NCBI GenBank assembly: GCA_038845265.1
Contig: JAWBQR010000003.1
Span: forward strand, 1 to 64,000
Length of the DNA stretch: 64,000 nucleotides
Direction of reading: 5' to 3'
From: Nitrososphaerota archaeon
Lineage (GTDB): Archaea; Thermoproteota; Nitrososphaeria_A; Caldarchaeales; Calditenuaceae
Numbering within the stretch: the first letter of the stretch is position 1; the number at the start of each line of letters is the position of its first letter. The notes beneath the pieces are model-generated. The model did not search any database and had not been told where the DNA came from. It was given only the letters and a program-made list of their open reading frames with translations. Shown here in pieces: positions 56,454 through 64,000 of this stretch. Made by a program: the position numbers and the translations under genes.

Positions 56454-58147
56454 AGAATCGGCCTCGTGACTGCACCCATCGCGGCGGATGTAACTAGTGA
56501 TGCATATTTACCGAGTAGCCCAGTAGTAATTTTTGGTGGACGTATCCTTAGTTTTCTCAATCTCTCTTGAAGCTCCTCTTGAGAAATTAGTAAGTCTAGT
56601 CTTCCTTCCTCGACGTCTATTAGAATCTTATCTCCATCCTCGACCGCTGCTATTGGTCCTCCATCTGCAGCTTCTGGCGCGACGTGGCCAACCATAAGTC
56701 CCCTCGTGGCGCCGCTAAACCTACCATCCGTGACCATTGCTACATGCTCGCCTAGCCCAGCGCCAACTATTGCGGCTGTAACCCTAAGCATCTCTGGCAT
56801 GCCTGGGCCTCCCTTAGGGCCTTCATACCTGATCACCACTACTTCGCCTGGATAAATTTCTCTTTTCTTGATAGCGTTAAAAGCATCGTCCTCGCTGTCA
56901 AACACGCTTGCGGATCCCTCGAATCTCTTGCTCTCTGTAGCCGCGACTTTCAGTACCGCTCCTTCTGGCGCTAGGGTTCCTCTAAGTATCCTTATCCCGC
57001 CAGTTTGACTTATTGGGCTCTTCGGGTCGTGAATAACTTGAGCATGGATAGTCTCGGGGAATTTGTAGCTTAGGAGATTTTCGCTCATTGTTTTGCCAGT
57101 TACTGTAAGTGTGTCTCCATCGAGTAGGCCATTTTCTAGGAGTTTTTTCAATATTGCGGGGACACCGCCAAACCTCTCGAGGTCAACCATTACGTGTTCG
57201 CCTGCCGGCCTTATCCTTACTATGTATGGCACTTTTTTCGAAAGTCTGTCAAAGTCCTCGAGCGATAATTTAACACCTGCTTCATGAGCGATAGCCAAGA
57301 GGTGAAGAATGGCATTAGTTGATCCGCCAATTGCCATGAGTAGGGATATGCCATTTAGGAGTGCCTCATATGTTAATATGTCTCTCGGCTTAATCCCGTT
57401 CTCGATTAGTCTGGTCAAGGCTATGCCTGACTCATATGCATAAGCTATTCTTCTGGAAGAAGTTGCTGCAGGCGTAGCGCTTCCAAGTAGGGATATTCCA
57501 ATCGCCTCTGAAATGCAGGCCATCGTATTTGCGGTAAATAGTCCTGCGCAAGTCCCGACTGTAGGGTGAGCAAATCTCTCCAGATCAAGTAGCTCCCTCT
57601 CAGATATCTTACCAGTGAGATATCCCCCGACAGCCTCATGAACATCTTCTATTGTAAGTTTTTTATCCATATAGTATCCGGGCTCGGCTGTGCCTGCATA
57701 GAGATATGCGGCTGGCCTGTTTATTCTCGCCATGGCCATCATTAGTCCTGGCTGAGTCTTGTCGCAACCGCCTATACATACAAAGCCGTCAAATGCATGT
57801 GCAACGATCTGTGCCTCAACTGTATCTGCGATCAACTCTCGGCTCACTAAGCTATACCTCATTCCCTCGGTTCCCATTGTGATGTTATCATTGACCACGA
57901 TCGTAGGCATTGACAAGGCTATGGATCCACCAGCAACTATCCCTTCCTTGACGAATCTTGATAGTGTCAGTGTATGAAAGTTACATGGCCCGACTTCGCT
58001 CCACGAGACCACGACTCCGCATAGTGGCTTGCCAAAATCTTGCTCACTGATGCCGATTGCTCTGAGAAACGCTCTGTGAGGAGCATTCAATAATCCCCAG
58101 TACCTATCACTGCTCGGCAACTTTGAACCTGAAGACTCATTACTCAT
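56450..58147 (-). CDS. ilvD: Dihydroxy-acid dehydratase (IlvD/EDD family)
   Basis: [43 protein letters not shown]. Confidence 0.92.
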   Translation of the reverse strand: MSNESSGSKLPSSDRYWGLLNAPHRAFLRAIGISEQDFGKPLCGVVVSWSEVGPCNFHTLTLSRFVKEGIVAGGSIALSMPTIVVNDNITMGTEGMRYSLVSRELIADTVEAQIVAHAFDGFVCIGGCDKTQPGLMMAMARINRPAAYLYAGTAEPGYYMDKKLTIEDVHEAVGGYLTGKISERELLDLERFAHPTVGTCAGLFTANTMACISEAIGISLLGSATPAATSSRRIAYAYESGIALTRLIENGIKPRDILTYEALLNGISLLMAIGGSTNAILHLLAIAHEAGVKLSLEDFDRLSKKVPYIVRIRPAGEHVMVDLERFGGVPAILKKLLENGLLDGDTLTVTGKTMSENLLSYKFPETIHAQVIHDPKSPISQTGGIRILRGTLAPEGAVLKVAATESKRFEGSASVFDSEDDAFNAIKKREIYPGEVVVIRYEGPKGGPGMPEMLRVTAAIVGAGLGEHVAMVTDGRFSGATRGLMVGHVAPEAADGGPIAAVEDGDKILIDVEEGRLDLLISQEELQERLRKLRIRPPKITTGLLGKYASLVTSAAMGAVTRPIL

Positions 58148-58233
58148 GACGCAAAAAAGGAACAAGCTAGATATTAAGCACCGCGGCTATACTTAAAATA
58201 TTTATACTGTTAACTGCTCCTATAAGTCCGAGT

Positions 58234-59697
58234 ATGCAGCCTATTAAGTACAAAAATTATATTGATGGAGAATATGTGGAGTCTTTGAGTGGTGAGCAAT
58301 TCCTAGACATAAATCCTGCAAATATTAACGACGTCTTGGGTAGTTTTCAATCATCTACGAGGGAAGACGCAGAGAAAGCTATCTCTGCAGCATTAGAAGC
58401 GCAGGAAAAATGGGCTGAGACGCCTCCGGGAGAAAGGGGAAGAATACTGATCAAAGCATCAGAGATTCTTGACTCGATGAAGGAAGACCTGATAACTATA
58501 TTGACTAGGGAGGAAGGAAAGACCCTTAATGACAGCAGAGTAGAGGTCAACAGAGCAGTCAGCCTATTTAGGTTTTACGGCGTACTTGCAAGCAGAATTC
58601 ATGGCGAGAGCCTACAGTCTTCAGAACTAAGGACGCATCTAATTACTGTTAAAGAACCTGTCGGTGTCGTCTCTGTTATTACTCCTTGGAACTTCCCGAT
58701 AGCCATTCCGTCTTGGAAGATCGCGCCAGCACTCGCATGCGGAAACACAGTAGTCTTCAAGCCAGCCTCCTATACACCATTAATAGGCTACATGTTAGTA
58801 GAAGCGTTAGTAAAGGCAGGAATACCTAAAGGCGTCATCAACTATGTTACTGGGAGCGGCTCAACTGTTGGATTAGAAATGATCACTAACAAGAACGTAG
58901 ATGCAATAACTTTCACAGGATCGCTTGAAGTAGGTGAGGAGATTCGTCGTCAATCGGCACTCGCTGGAAAAAACATTAGAATACAACTGGAGCTTGGCGG
59001 TAAAAACCCAGCAATTATTCTTCCTGATGCAAACATTGATAAAGCTGTAGAGATGGTGGCAAGGGGAGCCTTTGGACTCACTGGCCAGGTATGTACAGCC
59101 ACCAGCAGAGCTATAGTGCTGGATAAAGTCGCTGAAGAATTTACCAGAAAGATAGTAGAGAAAGCGAAGAAACTTAGGGTAGGCAACGGTCTGAGGGAGG
59201 GAGTAGACCTTGGACCAGTCGTTGGTCAGCGAGAGCTAGACAAGGTCCTCTCATACATCGAGATAGGAATGAGAGAAGGCGCAAAGTTACTCACAGGTGG
59301 AAGACGCCTTACTGGCGGAGAATATGATACGGGATATTTTGTCGAACCCACCGTATTTGCGGACGTCACCCCAGATATGAGAATTGCGAAAGAAGAGATA
59401 TTCGGCCCTGTACTCGCAATAATGGTTGCAAGTTCTCTTGACGAAGCGATAGAGATTGCAAACTCTGTTGATTATGGACTCGCCGCATCAATATTTACGA
59501 ATAGTTTAGACAAGGCCTTTGAATTTATTTCTAGGATAAAGGCCGGCGTCGTGAAAATAAACAAACCAACAACGGGCATAGAAATTCAAGTGCCCTTCGG
59601 GGGATATAAGAAGTCAAGCACCGAGACATTCAGGGAATTAGGAGAAGCAGTAATTGAGTTTTACACAAAGACAAAAACAATATACATAGGATACTAA
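58234..59697 (+). CDS. Aldehyde dehydrogenase, likely 2,5-dioxopentanoate (alpha-ketoglutarate semialdehyde) dehydrogenase
   Basis: ITPWNFP, FTGS, LELGGKNP, GQVCTA, EEIFGPV; next to the KdaD-like gene. Confidence 0.85.
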   Translation: MQPIKYKNYIDGEYVESLSGEQFLDINPANINDVLGSFQSSTREDAEKAISAALEAQEKWAETPPGERGRILIKASEILDSMKEDLITILTREEGKTLNDSRVEVNRAVSLFRFYGVLASRIHGESLQSSELRTHLITVKEPVGVVSVITPWNFPIAIPSWKIAPALACGNTVVFKPASYTPLIGYMLVEALVKAGIPKGVINYVTGSGSTVGLEMITNKNVDAITFTGSLEVGEEIRRQSALAGKNIRIQLELGGKNPAIILPDANIDKAVEMVARGAFGLTGQVCTATSRAIVLDKVAEEFTRKIVEKAKKLRVGNGLREGVDLGPVVGQRELDKVLSYIEIGMREGAKLLTGGRRLTGGEYDTGYFVEPTVFADVTPDMRIAKEEIFGPVLAIMVASSLDEAIEIANSVDYGLAASIFTNSLDKAFEFISRIKAGVVKINKPTTGIEIQVPFGGYKKSSTETFRELGEAVIEFYTKTKTIYIGY

Positions 59698-59703
59698 AAA
59701 TAA

Positions 59704-60624
59704 CTAAACACTTCTAAGGTGATTTTTTACTGCCCGGTTTCTAAGAGTACCTATTTTTTCGATAGTGATTTCAATAATATCGTTATTTTGAAGTGAAAAA
59801 TCATCAGGTGGGACTATGCCTGTACCGGTCATAAAAACTGTTCCAGGAGGGATAGGATTATCTCTCAAGAGGTATTCCCTGAGTTCCTCGAAAGTCCTTT
59901 TCATCATTCCGGTGTTTGTCTCTCCTTGAAAGACTAAATTTCCATCTCTGAAAATTCTCATCTCAATCTTCAGATTTCTTGGATTATCAACGGAGTCGGC
60001 TGTGAGTATTGCTGGCCCTATTGCACATGCGTTCTTGTAGATCTTTGCCTGTGGGCAATAGAGTGGATTTTCTCCCTCAATATCTCTAGCAGAGACGTCG
60101 TTACCTACAGTGTATCCAGCTATCTCTAGGTTCGGGCCTAGTACAAGGGCTAGTTCTGGTTCTGGAACAGTCCAGTTCGAGTCACTTCTGATATATACGT
60201 CTTGATTCGGCCCGACACATCTATTCCTCGTGGCCTTAATGAATATCTCAGGCCTCTCAGCATCATAGACCTGGTCATATACCCCCTTCGCCCTTGTCTC
60301 ATATTCTCGAGCATCTTTACTTCTAAGATAAGTAACACCTGCTCCCCACACCTCAGGAGGAATAATCGGTATCAAGAGATGCGATTTACTGTTACTGGGC
60401 CTGATGTCTAGTTCTGAGTATAGATAACTTTTAGCAGCGTTGTTCTTCATCTTATTTTCAAGATACTCAGATATGGATAGCCCCTTTTTGCTCGCTATTT
60501 TGAGTAATTGCAAAAATGAATTTATCCTCCTTCCTCCAATCCTAGTTATGTCAATTACTTCCTCACCATTAACCACGCCTAGCCTCGGCCCCAGCCTATG
60601 AGAATAGAACCTGACGATACGCAT
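59704..60624 (-). CDS. FAH-family 2-keto-3-deoxypentonate dehydratase (KdaD/XylX-like)
   Basis: EVWGAGVTY, VYDAERPE.F.KAT, RSDS.W.VPEPEL, DVSARDIEGENPLY.PQAK.Y. ATG at 60624 is the likely start. Confidence 0.85.
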   Translation of the reverse strand: MRIVRFYSHRLGPRLGVVNGEEVIDITRIGGRRINSFLQLLKIASKKGLSISEYLENKMKNNAAKSYLYSELDIRPSNSKSHLLIPIIPPEVWGAGVTYLRSKDAREYETRAKGVYDQVYDAERPEIFIKATRNRCVGPNQDVYIRSDSNWTVPEPELALVLGPNLEIAGYTVGNDVSARDIEGENPLYCPQAKIYKNACAIGPAILTADSVDNPRNLKIEMRIFRDGNLVFQGETNTGMMKRTFEELREYLLRDNPIPPGTVFMTGTGIVPPDDFSLQNNDIIEITIEKIGTLRNRAVKNHLRSV

Positions 60625-60737
60625 TTCTACCTTTGTGTCAACTAAAAAAATAAAAGCAATATATATACTATTACGTCTTTTAAAAAATTTCAACAAAAAT
60701 CGTACTTATTTATCTATATATTTTTTAATTTTTCGTA

Positions 60738-61559
60738 TCATTTTGTCAACAAATGTTTAATTGAGGGTGAGGGGGGCGGCATCCTTTTGTGCTCGCTTCT
60801 CTTAATCATCCCAAAGACTCTTTCGATCTTTTTGATATCTATACCTGTCAAATCTGAGGTCTCCTCAACGCTCAGCCCCAGGTCTACTATTGCATAGAGA
60901 ATCTGATCCAACTCATTATAGGTGATTCCAAGCTCGTCTTCGTCGGTTTGTCCTGGCCAAAGACCGGCCGACGGCTTTTTATCGATTATCCTCTGAGGCA
61001 CTCCTAATATTCTTGCTAATTCTTTGACGTATGTCTTATAGAGATCACCAATCGGAAGTATGTCTGCTCCACCATCTCCATACTTTGTGAAGTATCCTAC
61101 CACTAATTCAGACTTATTTCCACTTCCTACGACGAGAAGATTTCTATTATTTGCATACATATAAAGAATGGTCATCCTGAGTCTTGGTGCAATATTTCCA
61201 TATGCTAATCTACTCAGTTTAGGATTGTCTCTATAAAGTTTCGAGACGCCACTTTGGATATCTGAAATGTCAATTGTAAATGTTTTTATTCCTAACACCC
61301 TCGCGAACTCCTCTGCGTCCTTTACATCCTCTCTAGGAGTTGTGGAAGTTGGCATTATTAGTCCGAGGACTCTTGAAGGCCCTACGGCTCTTACACATAG
61401 GGAGGCAACTGTAGCCGAGTCTATTCCACCACTTAAACCAAGTATGAATCCATCACATCCAGAAAATTCAAGTGCATCACTTATGAAACCAGTTATAATT
61501 TTTATCGCCTCGTTGAAATCTAATGCCGGCAGAATAGTTCCCATGCTGCTCCTCTCCAT
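60738..61559 (-). CDS. nadE: NH3-dependent NAD+ synthetase
   Basis: GLSGGIDS, N...RLRM, GYFTKYGDG, PSAGLW.GQTDE, SEHKR. Confidence 0.95.
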   Translation of the reverse strand: MERSSMGTILPALDFNEAIKIITGFISDALEFSGCDGFILGLSGGIDSATVASLCVRAVGPSRVLGLIMPTSTTPREDVKDAEEFARVLGIKTFTIDISDIQSGVSKLYRDNPKLSRLAYGNIAPRLRMTILYMYANNRNLLVVGSGNKSELVVGYFTKYGDGGADILPIGDLYKTYVKELARILGVPQRIIDKKPSAGLWPGQTDEDELGITYNELDQILYAIVDLGLSVEETSDLTGIDIKKIERVFGMIKRSEHKRMPPPSPSIKHLLTK

Positions 61560-61576
61560 GCATTGTATTAATATAC

Positions 61577-63517
61577 CTAACCTAAAATTATTCTTAAAAA
61601 TCTATAAACTATTCCACCTAACAATATTGCGAAGAATATCTCGAAGATAGTTATTAGGAAAGCTTTCTTCCAGCCGATCTCCTTTATCAGAGCAGCAATC
61701 GTTGATATGCACGGGATGTAAAACATTGCTACAACTGTAAAGACAATCATGTTGATGGGACCGAATCCCTGAATGTCTAGGAAGTTGGATGTCCCGAATA
61801 TTGTGGAAAGCAAAATTACCATGAGCTCCTTCCTCAGTATACCAAAAATCAGCGTTATTCCCGTCATCATTGGGAGGCCGAGCCAACTTACTGTTATAGG
61901 ACTAAGCGCTGCTACTATTGGACCTGTAAGTCCAAATAATTCAATCATCTTTATCGCGACGCTTCCCAGAACTATTAGTGGAAAGGCTATTTTAATAAAC
62001 TCAAATATTCGGAACCATGTTTGTTTTAATACTGTTTTGACGTGGGGCATTCTATATTCATGCATCTCCATTATCAGCGCAGTAGGCTCTCCCGGCAAAG
62101 CCTTAAATGCAATCCTCCCAAGAAGAAAAATTATTGCTAAGTTGAATATGTATATTGCCAATGCATATTCAATTCCTAGGAATTTTCCCACAAGGCTTAG
62201 AATTATTATTGTCCTCGCAGCGCATGGTACAAGAGTGACAATAAAAGTCGCTATTGTCCTCTCTCTCTGCGTCTCCAATATTCTGCATCCAATACATGCT
62301 GGGACATTACAGCCATATCCGAGAAGTAGCGGGATGAAGGCTTTACCGTGAAGCCCCATCCTATGCATCAGGCTATCCATTAGGAACGCGACTCGGCTTA
62401 TGTATCCTGAATCCTCTAATAAGTACAATACGATATAAAGTGGTACGAGATAAGGAAATACTACTGTGATTCCAGCTATTATTCCTTCAGCCGCACTCCA
62501 GAACAATTCTCCAATTGGCCCGGCTCTAGAGATGCTATTAAATAAAGTCTGCCCATTATAGAATAATGCATTTAATAAATCTGAGATATAGCCTCCGACC
62601 GTAAATATCGTGTAAAACATTATCAACAGTAAAGAAATCATTATTGGATAGCCCCATAGTTTATGTATCGTTAATTCATCCAGCTTTTCTATTAGTTTAG
62701 TCCTTGCCGGTGAAGTTATACGCTCCACTTCTCTAGCAATATTGCATGCCTTTTCGTACCTCTCAGCGATTATTGCTTCGCCACATGGCCGGCCCTCAAT
62801 GCTTTCTATCTCCTTTGCAAGTTGTCGGGCAACCATAATAAGCGCTGGATTAAGTTTGTTTACCTCATTCTCAACTTCCTCATCACCCTCCAGTAATTTA
62901 ATAGCGGCATATCTTGCAGGATAACGAAGTCCCAGGCCCTCGATCAATTTTACAAGCCTTTCAATTCTCTCCTCTATTTCTCTTCCGAGCTTTACATAGT
63001 TGTTTTGAGTGTTTATTCCCTTCCGAGCTATCTCTATTACTTTTTCCATTAATTGGTATATTCCTACACCTTTTATCGCTATCGTCGGTATGACTGGTAC
63101 TCCGAGGATTTCTTCTAATTTTTTTATATCTATATGTATTCCTTTTTTTGCAGCTTGGTCAACTTGGTTCAATGCAATGATCATTGGTCTACCTAGTTCG
63201 ATTAGCTGTAATGTGAAGTATAGATTTCTTTCAAGCGTTGATGCGTCTATCACGTTAATGACTACATCGGGCTTTTCCATTACGATGTAGTTCCTTGTTA
63301 TCTGCTCTTCTATCGAATATGCCGAGAGGGAGTATATTCCGGGCAGGTCTATTATGTCTATGGTGTAGCCCCTGAAGTGTAAGGTTCCCTCTGCCTTTTC
63401 CACTGTTTTGCCAGGCCAGTTACCTATATGTTGATGAAGACCGGTAAGATAATTAAAGATCACGGATTTTCCGACATTTGCGTTACCAGCGAGAGCTACC
63501 TTAATCGTCTTTGCCAT
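61577..63517 (-). CDS. feoB: Ferrous iron transport protein B
   Basis: GNANVGKS, GNWPGKTVE, DLPG, GYGCNVP, VPCAAR, YIPC. Confidence 0.96.
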   Translation of the reverse strand: MAKTIKVALAGNANVGKSVIFNYLTGLHQHIGNWPGKTVEKAEGTLHFRGYTIDIIDLPGIYSLSAYSIEEQITRNYIVMEKPDVVINVIDASTLERNLYFTLQLIELGRPMIIALNQVDQAAKKGIHIDIKKLEEILGVPVIPTIAIKGVGIYQLMEKVIEIARKGINTQNNYVKLGREIEERIERLVKLIEGLGLRYPARYAAIKLLEGDEEVENEVNKLNPALIMVARQLAKEIESIEGRPCGEAIIAERYEKACNIAREVERITSPARTKLIEKLDELTIHKLWGYPIMISLLLIMFYTIFTVGGYISDLLNALFYNGQTLFNSISRAGPIGELFWSAAEGIIAGITVVFPYLVPLYIVLYLLEDSGYISRVAFLMDSLMHRMGLHGKAFIPLLLGYGCNVPACIGCRILETQRERTIATFIVTLVPCAARTIIILSLVGKFLGIEYALAIYIFNLAIIFLLGRIAFKALPGEPTALIMEMHEYRMPHVKTVLKQTWFRIFEFIKIAFPLIVLGSVAIKMIELFGLTGPIVAALSPITVSWLGLPMMTGITLIFGILRKELMVILLSTIFGTSNFLDIQGFGPINMIVFTVVAMFYIPCISTIAALIKEIGWKKAFLITIFEIFFAILLGGIVYRFLRIILG

Positions 63518-63794
63518 TGCTTCTGTATACCTCTACAATTATTCTTTCAGCTATTCCTCGTCCAACTACTATTCTTGACCCCCTTACTAGTACTTCTATT
63601 GGTCCATGAAATGGGGCTGAGCCTATGACTGTAATTCTCGTTCCAGGGGTTATTCCCATCTCCATTATTCTCCTAGCGTGACCACATCCACGTCCCCTTC
63701 CATGACTAGGAATTATAGCTACAACTGTTCCAGATTCGCCTGCCCTTAATTCTGTCAATGAAACTCTTTTCTTATTTTCGTCGGAATTATTCAT
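63501..63794 (-). CDS. feoA: Ferrous iron transport protein A
   Basis: RRIMEMGITPG, APFHGP...VRG, A..I.V. Confidence 0.93.
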   Translation of the reverse strand: MNNSDENKKRVSLTELRAGESGTVVAIIPSHGRGRGCGHARRIMEMGITPGTRITVIGSAPFHGPIEVLVRGSRIVVGRGIAERIIVEVYRSNGKDD

Positions 63795-63811
63795 TGACTC
63801 ACCCGTATTCT

Positions 63812-64000
63812 TTAACGCTGCTTCACTTGTATGAGAGAGGCAACCTTCCTGTTCAATGCTTGTTGTCTCGTCCCGACCCTAATGGTAATCGGACCGTCAA
63901 ATGGCTCGATATTCAATATCTCGACCAAGGCTCCAGGAACAAGACCTACGCTCTTAAGATATTGTAAGAGTTGTACACTTTCATCAGTAACTTTTACGAC
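63812..64000 (-). CDS. Partial gene (3' end) with a FeoA/SH3-like domain, probably a DtxR/MntR-family metal regulator
   Basis: Minus frame reads VVKVTDESVQLLQYLKSVGLVPGALVEILNIEPFDGPITIRVG...VKQR*; upstream of feoAB and truncated by the window edge. Confidence 0.7.
   Translation of the reverse strand, partial: VVKVTDESVQLLQYLKSVGLVPGALVEILNIEPFDGPITIRVGTRQQALNRKVASLIQVKQR

Noticed and set aside
61773-62351. 192-aa antisense ORF inside feoB
   Set aside because: Antisense shadow of a membrane-protein gene.
63758-63967. 69-aa + strand ORF at the window end
   Set aside because: The minus strand encodes a convincing FeoA-like domain here.

Overview
Gene-dense chromosomal window from an AT-rich (hyper)thermophilic archaeon. 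Reverse gyrase, Alba, TFB, TFE, aTrm56, TiaS and A/V-ATPase are present. The NuoI, TatA and GGR sequence types and the F420-type enzymes suggest Thermoproteota near Nitrososphaeria/'Aigarchaeota' (inference only). It holds about 65 mostly housekeeping CDS in very short transcription units that often switch strand, plus two intact tRNAs, Val(GAC) and Arg(GCG). No CRISPR array, rRNA, integrase or transposase was seen. Most notable: (1) an SlaB-like exported Ig-domain/coiled-coil/TM stalk protein fused to a cytoplasmic AbrB DNA-binding domain; (2) a DsrE-TusA-SQR sulfur islet bracketed by tRNA-Val and a decayed same-strand tRNA-like copy; (3) a candidate F420-linked oxidative pentose phosphate cluster (Fgd-like, bacterial-type GndA, cyclase hydrolase, tandem SIS/PHI); (4) NuoI with a ~135-aa insertion between its two 4Fe-4S motifs; (5) intact ORFs that have lost catalytic motifs (ABC ATPase, LarA-like); (6) small ORFs missed by the ORF track. 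All calls come from reading motifs by eye; no database searches were run.
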